Source: a virus. From it: 64,000 nt of DNA. How positions within the stretch are numbered: the stretch's first letter is position 1; each line of letters starts with the position of its first letter. The translations under genes and the position numbers were made by a program. The DNA lies in the IMG/VR virus record IMGVR_UViG_3300025466_001905, positions 1-64,000 of that record. One strand, given 5' to 3'. A model generated the notes under the pieces. That model saw nothing but the letters and a program-made list of their open reading frames with translations, had not been told where the DNA came from and ran no database searches. This document shows, piece by piece, positions 8,513-18,024 of the stretch.

Positions 8513-9118
8513 ATGCCATCAGTGTTTTTAGTGTCAGACACACACTTTGGTCATGCCGGAGTATGTAGGTTCACTCGCAATGACGGAGTGACCAAATTGC
8601 GTCCATGGGACAATGCAGATGAAATGGACGAAGCAATGGTCAAAGCGTGGAACGAACGGGTACGGCCCACTGACAAGGTTTATCACTTGGGCGATGTTGT
8701 TATCAATCGTCGAGCGTTAAGTATCATGTCGAGATTAAACGGCGACAAGGTTTTGATTCGTGGTAATCACGATATCTTTAAGGACGAGGACTATCGTGCT
8801 CACTTTAGAGAACTCAGAGCCTATCACGTTATGAACGGTATGATCCTTAGTCATATTCCTGTGCACGAAGCAAGTTTGGGAAGGTTTGGTGTTAACATCC
8901 ACGGACACTTACATGCAAATCGTGTAAAAAAAGCTCGCGGAGTCGATGCTAGAACTGGTGAAGTTTTATACAGCGATGAAAACGATGTTCGTTACCATTG
9001 TGTTTGTGTAGAACAAACTCCAAACTTTGCTCCTATCCTGTTTGAAGATGTTATGCGTAACATTGAAGCAGAAGGCGGCAGTGTGGGATTCAGGAACGGC
9101 AACGGCCCTACCATGTAG
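8513..9118 (+). CDS. calcineurin-like metallophosphoesterase
   Basis: DTHFGH, HLGD, GNHD, HGHLH motifs. Start placed at the SD-preceded ATG 8513. Confidence 0.9.
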   Translation: MPSVFLVSDTHFGHAGVCRFTRNDGVTKLRPWDNADEMDEAMVKAWNERVRPTDKVYHLGDVVINRRALSIMSRLNGDKVLIRGNHDIFKDEDYRAHFRELRAYHVMNGMILSHIPVHEASLGRFGVNIHGHLHANRVKKARGVDARTGEVLYSDENDVRYHCVCVEQTPNFAPILFEDVMRNIEAEGGSVGFRNGNGPTM

Positions 9119-9120
9119 TG

Positions 9121-9714
9121 CTATAGGTTCAATCGTATTCCAAAAATCAAACTGTAACGGTCTAGTGAACTAGAGTTTTTTCCAGTGTGCCAACTGGTGC
9201 TTAGATTGGCTGCAAAATAGCCAGAACCTGGGCCATTGGGTATGCGCAGAGGATTGTCGCCCTCAAATGATGTATAAAATGTAGTACTTTGGTCTGGATC
9301 ATCAGTGGGTGTAAAGTAAATCATACCTTGCACAACGTGTAATCTATCGTCGGTATGAATTCGTATGCTATAACCTGGCTTGTCAAGAGTATAGATTCCA
9401 TACATAAAGGTTTTTTCCATCATGCGTGATTGGCTAAGCCCCCAGTAGCCTGGAAATAACTTTTCTTGATACAGTTGATCAATGATTTGTGTTTTGAAAT
9501 CACTGTTGTCTACCCATTCTTGAATGCTCTTGAGTCGCGGATCTACAGGATTAATAAGGCGGTACCTGGTAGCAAAGCTGTTCTGCGCATAGCCAGCTTC
9601 ATCTGGTAACCATGTCTCCTGTTGCAGGGCCTGTAGAATTTGCTCATTGGTGCAGGATAATGCAACATTAAAAGTGTATATGTAATCTCTTTGTTTATCA
9701 AATGGTATTTTCAT
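9121..9714 (-). CDS. 2OG-Fe(II) oxygenase-like protein
   Basis: HxD (IHTDD), distal H (SWHTG) and RxS (DRYS). Confidence 0.7.
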   Translation of the reverse strand: MKIPFDKQRDYIYTFNVALSCTNEQILQALQQETWLPDEAGYAQNSFATRYRLINPVDPRLKSIQEWVDNSDFKTQIIDQLYQEKLFPGYWGLSQSRMMEKTFMYGIYTLDKPGYSIRIHTDDRLHVVQGMIYFTPTDDPDQSTTFYTSFEGDNPLRIPNGPGSGYFAANLSTSWHTGKNSSSLDRYSLIFGIRLNL

Positions 9715-9721
9715 GTAAAAC

Positions 9722-9733
9722 TATTTATAAATA
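9722..9733. promoter_or_regulatory. palindromic bidirectional late promoter TATTTATAAATA
   Basis: TATAAATA on both strands between divergent genes. Confidence 0.6.
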
Positions 9734-9841
9734 CTGGGCAACGCCAGGTAGTTCTGACGTCGGACAAAATGACGCTTGACATAATGATGTCTTTACTGTA
9801 TTATTAATACAGAACGCCTACCGTGAGTAGAGTTCTTCTAC
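9734..9841 (+). ncRNA. candidate structured leader RNA upstream of the halogenase operon
   Basis: Helices AGGT-A-GTTCTG/CAGAAC-GCCT, CGTC/GACG, GACAT/ATGTC, CTGTATT/AATACAG and GTAGA/TCTAC. Confidence 0.4.
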
Positions 9842-9864
9842 AAGCAAAAAATAACAATACTATT

Positions 9865-11505
9865 ATGATTAAAAAAATTGCAATACTTGGCGGAGGATTT
9901 GCTGGCTGGTACACTGCAAGATCACTGCAACATTGTTTGCCTCAGGTTGAAATTGTGATCATTGACAGCTCACAGTATCCTACCATTGGAGTTGGCGAAG
10001 TTTTGGGCTTTGATGCACCTCTTAATTTTAACCGATTGCTTGGGCTAGATGACGATCAAGAAATCATGGCCGAAACTGGCGCAATTTATAAATTTGGTGT
10101 TCGAGGTATTAATTTTTACAAAGACAACTCACAGGTGGCCTGGGGCAAATTCCCTAATCTCAAAGTCAGTAGTCTTGTGAAATTTTACAATGGATTTGAT
10201 TATCCAGATTTTCAAGAGCCCTGGAATAAGTTGCCCGGAGACATTGGATTGTTTCCGGCTTGGTTGAGTATGTATAGCTCAAGCAAAACCTACGACGACA
10301 TGGTCATTGAAACCAGTGAACAAAATCATTTTTTAACCAATCCAGTAGCCCCATTTGATCGCAATAACAAACTGGTACTGAGAGAAAAGCAAGGATTCGC
10401 CTATCATATTGATGCAGAAAAAACCAGTGTGTTTTTGAAAAATCTTGTGTTAAGAAACAACGGCGACCAAAGAGTGACCTATATTACCAGTACCATGATT
10501 GATATTGCATGGAAAGATTCTGATCAAATTGATCACTTGATACTGGAAAATGGTAATAGGATTTCAGCTGATCTATTCATTGATGCATCTGGTTTACAAA
10601 AAGCCATTATGTCACGCAGCAACAATAAAAGTTGGAAATATCAAGGCGACGAATACTGCAATGCGGCCTGGGTTTTTCCGTCGGCATACACCAATCCAGA
10701 CCAAGAAATTATGGGTGCTAGCGAATTTCACGGCGAAGATTGGGGGTGGCGATTTTTGGTCAGACTGTATCATCGCATAGGCAATGGATACGTTTTCAAT
10801 GCCAACATGGTAGACCCTGCAGTGCCACTGGCCAGATTGCAAGCTGTAGTAGGACCTACTGCACTGGCCGAGCCACGACTAATAAAATGGAATCCAGGGC
10901 AGTACACCCAACCCTGGCAGGGAAATTTGCTGCCATTGGGCATGAGTGCAGTGTTTGTAGATCCGTTTGATGCGCCTACCTTTGAAGGGCATAGTCGTGC
11001 TCTAGAAGATCTTATTGATATAGTTAAAAAACAAGAACAAATAAGCGATCCTCAAAAGCAGTTCAATCACCTGAGAAGTTTGACCAGAGAAGAACGCGAT
11101 TTGAGATTGGATCTTACCTTTGGCATGAGTCAACGCAGTGGCCCTTTTTGGGATTCACGGCGCGAAATGGCTCGTAGACACAATTATCTTGACAAGATTA
11201 AAGCCATTGTGTTAGAACAACGCAAAGATTTAGAAGCCAGACTGAATTGGCATTGGCAACACCAATATGCAAGAACATGCATGGCCTCAAGTGTTGATAT
11301 GAGTACATGGGATTTTCCTCAACTGACATCACAAGATCGAGCTATGGCAGATGCATTTTTTGTTTACAATCGTGCTAGAAACCAATACATTGAAACGCAA
11401 CCTTGGCCCAATTACTCCCAGTGGTTGCGGCATAATCGTTTCAGTGGCTTGACTAATTCTCAAGTGTTACAAAAACTAAATCCATCATTATGTTTAAAAA
11501 ATTAA
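9865..11505 (+). CDS. flavin-dependent tryptophan-halogenase-like enzyme
   Basis: GGGFAG FAD motif, IGVGE, AIYKFG (catalytic Lys position), FIDASG, GWRFLV..RIGNGYVF (variant of WxWxIP). Confidence 0.85.
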   Translation: MIKKIAILGGGFAGWYTARSLQHCLPQVEIVIIDSSQYPTIGVGEVLGFDAPLNFNRLLGLDDDQEIMAETGAIYKFGVRGINFYKDNSQVAWGKFPNLKVSSLVKFYNGFDYPDFQEPWNKLPGDIGLFPAWLSMYSSSKTYDDMVIETSEQNHFLTNPVAPFDRNNKLVLREKQGFAYHIDAEKTSVFLKNLVLRNNGDQRVTYITSTMIDIAWKDSDQIDHLILENGNRISADLFIDASGLQKAIMSRSNNKSWKYQGDEYCNAAWVFPSAYTNPDQEIMGASEFHGEDWGWRFLVRLYHRIGNGYVFNANMVDPAVPLARLQAVVGPTALAEPRLIKWNPGQYTQPWQGNLLPLGMSAVFVDPFDAPTFEGHSRALEDLIDIVKKQEQISDPQKQFNHLRSLTREERDLRLDLTFGMSQRSGPFWDSRREMARRHNYLDKIKAIVLEQRKDLEARLNWHWQHQYARTCMASSVDMSTWDFPQLTSQDRAMADAFFVYNRARNQYIETQPWPNYSQWLRHNRFSGLTNSQVLQKLNPSLCLKN

Positions 11506-12401
11506 TTTTTACTTTACTGGTCACTGGTAATATATTTTGTCAGGCCAAAGAAAATGTCACAATCATTTACAGTTGGACTGCGGCCGACGGTCCAGCAAAT
11601 TACAGTCGAACTCTCATTGAAGAAGCCAACAAACTACAAAACAAGTATAATTTTATATTTGATACCAGACCCGGAGCTGGAGGGGCCTTGGCAGCAAATT
11701 ATGTTCGAACTACTCCCAACACGATATTGGCCACCGCATCTGCATTTTTTGTGCGACCAAATTTTTTCCCAAATGAAAGCTATGATGTCAAGGCTTTTAA
11801 AGAAATTTACCTGCAGTGTGTTGCACCAATGGCCATTACTTCGGTAAAGTACAAAAACTGGGCAGAAGTGCCCAAAGATAAAAGTCTCACCATTGGTGTC
11901 AGCGGGCTGGGCACCACCACTCATTTGTTTGCTACACAACTGCAAACTAGATATCCATTGTTAAATGTTATACCGTTTAAAAGCACCAGCGAATCACTGT
12001 TGTCAGTGGCCAGTGGTAATACTGATTTGCATGTGGCTTTTTTTGGCGAAATAGAAAATTGGGGCGCGGAAAATTCAAAATTTGGCAAGTTAAATGTGCT
12101 GGGTATTAGTGGTACCAGATCAATTCGAGGATTTGAAACATTGCAACAACAAGGTTTTGGCAATCGAGTAGCCAACATCAGTGTGCCATTTCATTTGATT
12201 GTTCCTGCTAATCTTCCAGAAAATAAATTCAATGACTGGCGTGGTATTTTACAACAAGCCGAACAGACTGCGGCAGTGAGAGAAACATACAACATTGATG
12301 CATGTGTGCCTGGTAATATAACTGACAAAGATTTAGATTCCTGGTACCAATTGCAAATATTGCAATGGAATCAGTTGAGTCACGGAGTAAAACTAGAATA
12401 A
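11490..12401 (+). CDS. tripartite tricarboxylate transporter substrate-binding protein (TctC/Bug-like)
   Basis: Signal peptide, RPGAGGALAANYV, GxGTTTHL, IPFKS motifs. Confidence 0.8.
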   Translation: MFKKLIFTLLVTGNIFCQAKENVTIIYSWTAADGPANYSRTLIEEANKLQNKYNFIFDTRPGAGGALAANYVRTTPNTILATASAFFVRPNFFPNESYDVKAFKEIYLQCVAPMAITSVKYKNWAEVPKDKSLTIGVSGLGTTTHLFATQLQTRYPLLNVIPFKSTSESLLSVASGNTDLHVAFFGEIENWGAENSKFGKLNVLGISGTRSIRGFETLQQQGFGNRVANISVPFHLIVPANLPENKFNDWRGILQQAEQTAAVRETYNIDACVPGNITDKDLDSWYQLQILQWNQLSHGVKLE

Positions 12402-12403
12402 GT

Positions 12404-13540
12404 ATGAGCTCATACCTATACCATAACAAAGGAATATATCAAAGCAATGGTAAATTCTTTCACAATAAGATCGATGCCATTCTAGAAGCCAATGCCAGTG
12501 GCACATGGGTAGAATGGGATTATCATCATGCTATTTTTTCTCAAAGCCAATGGGACATGAATCCTCCAGTGGATTTGGAAACATTGTACCTGGAACGAGC
12601 TCTGCAACTCAGAGAAGCTTATGATCATCTTGTGTTGTTTTACTCAGGTGGAGTAGACTCTTGGTATATCCTGAATACGTTTATCAAAAACAATATCCAT
12701 CTTGATGAAATTTACATGTATGGCCCGTTTGAAGCAGAAGAAAAAATGTATGATCAGTTGGGATTTGACCGCAGTCCTGGCTATTATACCAGAGAAATCA
12801 AACAAAGTTTGCCGTTGTTGAAAAAACTTGTGGCTGACAGAAATATCAAAATAAATGTGTTTGATTGGACACGTCACATCATTGAAGCTGCAGATGATCG
12901 TGATTGGTTTTACACCGCAGGAGTCCGATTTGATCCCACGTGCATGGTCAGATCAAAGTTTCATAAAATATTCCGAGAACACAGCGAACTCAGACACAAA
13001 GGAAAAAAAGTAGGATTTGTCTATGGAATTGACAAACCTAGGCTCATGCGAGATGATCAAAATATTTACTTTGCATTCTTAGATGTGATCTTTACCACCA
13101 GTGTGTTGCCTACCAATGATATCAATGGCGAGTTTTACGAAAATGATGAATTTTTTTACTGGACGCCAAATATGCCAGCACTGAGCATTAAAATGAGTCA
13201 TGTGGTTGTGGAGTTTTTGAAAAAAACCAATCAATTACATCTTATCAAACACATCAATAACATAGCAGCTTTTCACGACGAAGCCTATTACAAACAAGTA
13301 AATCAAGCTGTATTTCCAGATTGGAATCATAATACCTGGCAGGTTAAAAAGCCAACAGGAGCAATCTACAATGAACAAAGCAAATGGTTCTTAGATAGTA
13401 ATCTTGAAGCCAAACTCAAATGGGAATCCAGCATTTACGAACTAGAAAGACTATGCGGAAAAAAATGGTTCAATGACAATTCCATACGGAATGGTCTAAG
13501 AGGACACCTGAGTCCTTTTTACAAAATTTCCAACTATTGA
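12404..13540 (+). CDS. PP-loop (adenine nucleotide alpha-hydrolase) ATPase-like protein
   Basis: LFYSGGVDS PP-loop and GIDKP. Confidence 0.7.
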   Translation: MSSYLYHNKGIYQSNGKFFHNKIDAILEANASGTWVEWDYHHAIFSQSQWDMNPPVDLETLYLERALQLREAYDHLVLFYSGGVDSWYILNTFIKNNIHLDEIYMYGPFEAEEKMYDQLGFDRSPGYYTREIKQSLPLLKKLVADRNIKINVFDWTRHIIEAADDRDWFYTAGVRFDPTCMVRSKFHKIFREHSELRHKGKKVGFVYGIDKPRLMRDDQNIYFAFLDVIFTTSVLPTNDINGEFYENDEFFYWTPNMPALSIKMSHVVVEFLKKTNQLHLIKHINNIAAFHDEAYYKQVNQAVFPDWNHNTWQVKKPTGAIYNEQSKWFLDSNLEAKLKWESSIYELERLCGKKWFNDNSIRNGLRGHLSPFYKISNY

Positions 13541-13548
13541 AACACAAT

Positions 13549-14319
13549 ATGAAACAAGAACGCACAGGTACCTATCCATTGACAGTGTATGACCGTACAA
13601 TAGAGTCTGATCTACAACAACATGTCACAAATTTTTTACTAGACAGTGAATATTGTGTTAACTTTTATGATCACAGTCACAGTCTGTGGTATCCAAGAAC
13701 AGACAACTGGGTAACCCCAAGAACTCATCCCAGTCAACCAAGATTACCATTGGCCTGGGATGATCAAAGTTTAGAACATCGAGCCCCAGTGATTTACACA
13801 CTTTGGACTGCACTCAACAATGTGCTAGATAACCAATTTTGTATACAAGGTGTTCCTGAAGGCATGCCCAGATACATGACTGGAATTAGTCCGTTGAGTA
13901 GTCTGGACAGACCTGACGGAACTCCGGGATTGCCAAATTGTGCATGGCGTGTCTACGGCAGCGGCAACGAGCGCGAACTGAGAGCACATACCAAAAGCAT
14001 ACACAGAGATAGTCCCTTTTTGGATCGTGATGATTATTATAACTTGGTTTATTTTGCCAATTTAGAGTGGCACCCTCAATTCTACGGAGAAACTTTATTT
14101 CACGGCAATGATGCAGACTCAGGCGACTACACAGGTAGATTTGAAAAAGATCAATCTAGAAAATTTCCCATTGGTGAAGTTGAAAATACAGTAGCCATAA
14201 AACCTGGCAGATTTATGCTTTTTGATGCCAGATATATGCATCAACTAAAACCTGCGGCATATTATGCACCAAATATCATGGGCGTTGTATTTAGACTACA
14301 ACGTAAAACCCACAGTTGA
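13549..14319 (+). CDS. 2OG-Fe(II) oxygenase (prolyl-hydroxylase-like)
   Basis: IHRD, YFANLEW..YGETLF, KPGRFMLFDARYMH. Confidence 0.78.
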   Translation: MKQERTGTYPLTVYDRTIESDLQQHVTNFLLDSEYCVNFYDHSHSLWYPRTDNWVTPRTHPSQPRLPLAWDDQSLEHRAPVIYTLWTALNNVLDNQFCIQGVPEGMPRYMTGISPLSSLDRPDGTPGLPNCAWRVYGSGNERELRAHTKSIHRDSPFLDRDDYYNLVYFANLEWHPQFYGETLFHGNDADSGDYTGRFEKDQSRKFPIGEVENTVAIKPGRFMLFDARYMHQLKPAAYYAPNIMGVVFRLQRKTHS

Positions 14320-14344
14320 CACAAAAATACAGTTTTGCTACAAT
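14316..14344 (+). promoter_or_regulatory. sigma70-type promoter
   Basis: TTGACA-17 nt-TACAAT. Confidence 0.78.
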
Positions 14345-14391
14345 AGATATATAAACAAATTTTTTCACCCTTAACTTTAGGAACACAGCCC

Positions 14392-15480
14392 ATGTCAGAT
14401 AGTCGTACAATAACTTCAGTTCAAGCTCGTCGCAGTTTACTGAAAGCATTCAAACATCAACGTCCACTATTCCTATGGGGTCCTCCTGGAATTGGCAAAT
14501 CTGAATTGGTAGCAGACATCACCCAAGAACTTGGTGGCTACATGATTGACTTGCGACTGGGGCAAATGGAACCCACAGACATTCGTGGCATTCCGTTTTA
14601 CAACAAAGACTCTGGCAAAATGGACTGGGCCGAACCTGTGGATTTGCCCTCTGAAGAATTGGCCAGTCAATATCCAGTGGTAGTTCTTTTCTTGGATGAA
14701 ATGAACTCAGCGGCACCTTCGGTGCAATCTGCGGCCTATCAATTGATACTGAATCGTCGTGTGGGCAAATATGTGTTACCCGACAATGTGGTCATAGTTG
14801 CCGCAGGCAATCGTGAAAGCGACAAAGGTGTCACATATCGTATGCCAACACCATTGGCCAATCGTTTTATTCACCAAGAAATGAAAGTGGATTTTGCCAG
14901 TTGGCAAGAGTGGGCAGTGAACCACAAAATCCATAAGGATGTGGTAGGCTACATTGGCTTTGCTAAAAACGACTTGTATGACTTTGATTCAAAGTCGGCC
15001 AGCCGTGCCTTTGCTACTCCAAGATCATGGAGCTTTGTGAGTCAAATCCTGGACGACGAAAACAGTGACGATGACACCACAATGAATTTGATTGCAGGTA
15101 CCGTAGGCGAAGGACTTGCGGTGAAATTCATGGCGCACCGTAAAGTGGCCAGCCGTATGCCCAAGCCCGAAGAAATCTTATCAGGCAAGGTCACTACCTT
15201 GGATGTCAAAGAAGTGTCGGCCATGTATAGTTTAGTGATCAGTATGTGCTATGAGCTCAAAGATGCGATCACAGAGAAGAAAGTTGACGACAAGAAGTTT
15301 CATGAAATGGCCGACAATTTCTTTGCCTACATGATGAACAACTTTGAAACAGAACTGGTTGTAATGGGTGCAAGAATTGCACTGACCACATACAACTTGC
15401 CATTCCAGCCTACCAAGCTCAAGAACTTTGACAAGTTCCATACACGTTACGGCAAATATATTTTGCAGGCCAGTGCCTAA
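14392..15480 (+). CDS. MoxR-like AAA+ ATPase
   Basis: Walker A GPPGIGKS, Walker B LFLDE, AAGN sensor, LANRF arginine finger, TPRSW. Confidence 0.9.
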   Translation: MSDSRTITSVQARRSLLKAFKHQRPLFLWGPPGIGKSELVADITQELGGYMIDLRLGQMEPTDIRGIPFYNKDSGKMDWAEPVDLPSEELASQYPVVVLFLDEMNSAAPSVQSAAYQLILNRRVGKYVLPDNVVIVAAGNRESDKGVTYRMPTPLANRFIHQEMKVDFASWQEWAVNHKIHKDVVGYIGFAKNDLYDFDSKSASRAFATPRSWSFVSQILDDENSDDDTTMNLIAGTVGEGLAVKFMAHRKVASRMPKPEEILSGKVTTLDVKEVSAMYSLVISMCYELKDAITEKKVDDKKFHEMADNFFAYMMNNFETELVVMGARIALTTYNLPFQPTKLKNFDKFHTRYGKYILQASA

Positions 15481-15488
15481 ACTGTTCT

Positions 15489-15540
15489 GGAGGGCGGTGT
15501 AAATAAAACACAGGGCTGTGTTCGCACTGCCCCCCTTTTT
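15489..15540 (+). terminator. extended hairpin followed by a T-tract
   Basis: GGGCGGTG/CACTGCCC outer stem, AACACA/TGTGTT inner stem, TTTTTT. Confidence 0.65.
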
Positions 15541-15551
15541 ATATATATTTT

Positions 15552-16379
15552 ATGAAACGATTTTTTGCTTTTGGATGTAGTTTTACTGCCTACGGCTGGC
15601 CGACTTGGGCAGATATTCTTGGAAAAGAGTTTGACTACTATGAAAATTGGGGTTGCCCTGGGGCTGGTAATTTCTATATATTCAATTCTGTAGTAGAATG
15701 TTTAATAAAAAATAATCTTGGGCCCACAGATACAGTGATTGTTATGTGGACTAATATTTATAGAAACGATACCTATCACAATAACCAATGGCAAGGCGGC
15801 GGCAATAGCTATCATTCTAGACTGCCTGACAAAGGCAAATACTACGATGATAAAGGATATTTGATTAGAGATTTATCTGTCATACAGGCTACAAAATGGG
15901 TATTGGAACGGCACAGAATTACTCCGTATTTTTTATCAATGGTACCTATAGAAAATCTAGATCAGAATTCACATACAAGCATCGAGGGACATGATATTGC
16001 ATCAGTACTTGATTTATATCAAGATACTTTAAAATCAATACGTCCCAGTATATTTGAACAAGTGTTTGATTATGATTGGAATAATAGAATTTTATTACCC
16101 GTGGATATTGCCGATAAAAATCCACGAGATCGTGGTGGGCACCTTAGACGCAGAATTGATCTACATGCTGGTCCTGCAGAACATTTAGAATATCTTGATG
16201 CAGTACTTCCAGAAATCACAATTAGTGATCAAACAAGGAAATTAGTTGCGTTGGCCAATGATCAAGTAACTGCACCTTGCAATGGACAATATCCATTTGA
16301 ATCAAATTACTTACCCTGGGAGCGCCAAGGATGGGAACCAACATGGGATCTTCGCAACACTAGACCAAACAGATTATGA
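15552..16379 (+). CDS. SGNH/GDSL-hydrolase-like protein
   Basis: AFGCSFT block I, NWGCPGAGN, C-terminal DLH. Confidence 0.6.
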   Translation: MKRFFAFGCSFTAYGWPTWADILGKEFDYYENWGCPGAGNFYIFNSVVECLIKNNLGPTDTVIVMWTNIYRNDTYHNNQWQGGGNSYHSRLPDKGKYYDDKGYLIRDLSVIQATKWVLERHRITPYFLSMVPIENLDQNSHTSIEGHDIASVLDLYQDTLKSIRPSIFEQVFDYDWNNRILLPVDIADKNPRDRGGHLRRRIDLHAGPAEHLEYLDAVLPEITISDQTRKLVALANDQVTAPCNGQYPFESNYLPWERQGWEPTWDLRNTRPNRL

Positions 16380-16696
16380 AATACAAAATAGTTAAACTTG
16401 ATGCCAGATACAATCATCGTAATCGCTTTAGCTACATGATTTCATTTACCAAAGCACCAGGACATTCGGCCATCTTAGAATTTGATCGTTGTCGTAGATG
16501 GTTCAATGATACCTATGGCTGGAGCCAAGATGTAGAAATGCAATTCCCCATGGCCAAGGCTCAAAAGTCTCATCCAGAAATTACGGATGTTGAAATCAAT
16601 CAGCATTGGGCATATAACATAAAATACAACGACTACAGAATCTATGTTGTTGATAATCAGGTCCTGACCATGTTTCAATTGCGATGGGCTCAATAA
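16376..16696 (+). CDS. small protein, F-x-L-K/R-W C-terminal family
   Basis: Ends LTMFQLRWAQ. Confidence 0.7.
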   Translation: MKYKIVKLDARYNHRNRFSYMISFTKAPGHSAILEFDRCRRWFNDTYGWSQDVEMQFPMAKAQKSHPEITDVEINQHWAYNIKYNDYRIYVVDNQVLTMFQLRWAQ

Positions 16697-16749
16697 CACC
16701 TAACTATGACTTTACGGACTTTGTAGAATGGATAAATGGAGGGTGTTAT

Positions 16750-16971
16750 ATGGCCAAAACAATAATTAAATGGCATAGATTGCCTGGCTACAAATTAAAA
16801 GCCACTTGGGAAGTTCTGCCAAGAGGTATAGCAGTTGGACTCAAAGAATCTGACATGGATCCCATACATGACTGGTCAAAATCCAACAAGTGTGGAGTCC
16901 GGGTAAGTTTTGACATGTGGCGGTTCAAAACACCTGAAGAAATGACTATGTTTTTGTTGAAGTGGTCATGA
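16750..16971 (+). CDS. small protein, F-x-L-K/R-W family
   Basis: GGAGG SD, ends FKTPEEMTMFLLKWS. Confidence 0.7.
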   Translation: MAKTIIKWHRLPGYKLKATWEVLPRGIAVGLKESDMDPIHDWSKSNKCGVRVSFDMWRFKTPEEMTMFLLKWS

Positions 16972-17207
16972 TGGATAGTCTGTCAGCATGGTATGTGGCC
17001 AGTGTTCGGGCTCCTGTTATAAACTCTGATCCGATCAATGGACACCGATATCAAGGCTGGCGACCTTGCATGGAATGGTGTGTGGAAACATTTGGAGGCG
17101 GTATAGGAGCCACTGCATGGGGGCCGGGATGGCGTTTTGTGGGCGAAGGTGTGTTTGAATTCCGGCAGGAGCAAGATAGAACAATATTCCTGTTGAGGTG
17201 GTCATGA
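16968..17207 (+). CDS. small protein, F-x-L-K/R-W family
   Basis: ATGA overlap, ends FRQEQDRTIFLLRWS. Confidence 0.7.
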   Translation: MMDSLSAWYVASVRAPVINSDPINGHRYQGWRPCMEWCVETFGGGIGATAWGPGWRFVGEGVFEFRQEQDRTIFLLRWS

Positions 17208-17446
17208 GTGATTTTGTAATAGAGTATATCGACGAAGAAATTAAAACCACTGTGACCAAGAAAAAACTCTGGATCAACAACGAATGGGTTGACTGCAATT
17301 TATATCGTTTTCCAGCAGACCGCAAACTGTTAAAGTATCTTGAAGATAACCATGCAAAAGATTTTGGTAAATTGTGGCACAAGCATTTTGATAAAATTGC
17401 AGTAGAAGAAAAAATATACATGTGGTACTGCTTACAAAACAAATGA
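17204..17446 (+). CDS. small protein, probably a diverged member of the same family
   Basis: ATGA overlap, ends EKIYMWYCLQNK. Confidence 0.65.
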   Translation: MSDFVIEYIDEEIKTTVTKKKLWINNEWVDCNLYRFPADRKLLKYLEDNHAKDFGKLWHKHFDKIAVEEKIYMWYCLQNK

Positions 17447-17715
17447 GCAACAATCAACACTACAACTCTTACGAAAAAAGATTAGATACTGTGCTGGGTC
17501 CTACTGCACAAGACTGGACAAGAATACGCCGGGCCAGAGCTGAGTTTGATGAAGAATACGAGTGTATTCCTGACATAGATGAGCGAGATTTTTCACTATG
17601 GCTGGCCCATAATTATGGAATACAGTTGAAGTTAGATGGTACTTTTGCAGTAGAAACTATTTTTGAAATCGTCGACGATCAAAAGTACACAGTTTTTTTA
17701 TTGAAATACAGCTGA
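17443..17715 (+). CDS. small protein, F-x-L-K-Y family
   Basis: ATGA overlap, ends IVDDQKYTVFLLKYS. Confidence 0.7.
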   Translation: MSNNQHYNSYEKRLDTVLGPTAQDWTRIRRARAEFDEEYECIPDIDERDFSLWLAHNYGIQLKLDGTFAVETIFEIVDDQKYTVFLLKYS

Positions 17716-17716
17716 T

Positions 17717-18019
17717 ATGAAGCACATCGAAATCAAAAAAAATTTAATTATTTTTAAACGGCCCGAGGCATGGTACAAAATTCGCGAACAAATGATTCAG
17801 GACTTTGGGAAGCTCAATATTATTATCAGTTGGCGATGCAAGAGAGAATTTGGATTTACTGTCAGAGAGCATCGCGGACTTGAACCACATGGTAAAGATT
17901 TTTTGGATCTTGTTGGTGATGATTGGAAGTATAGGTATCACTATCAAGATCAAATACACTTGGACTTTTATTCTGAAGCACAGATGACCTGGTTTCAACT
18001 CAAATACTTAAACAATTAA
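17717..18019 (+). CDS. small protein, F-x-L-K-Y family
   Basis: Ends FYSEAQMTWFQLKYLNN. Confidence 0.7.
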   Translation: MKHIEIKKNLIIFKRPEAWYKIREQMIQDFGKLNIIISWRCKREFGFTVREHRGLEPHGKDFLDLVGDDWKYRYHYQDQIHLDFYSEAQMTWFQLKYLNN

Positions 18020-18024
18020 AAAAT

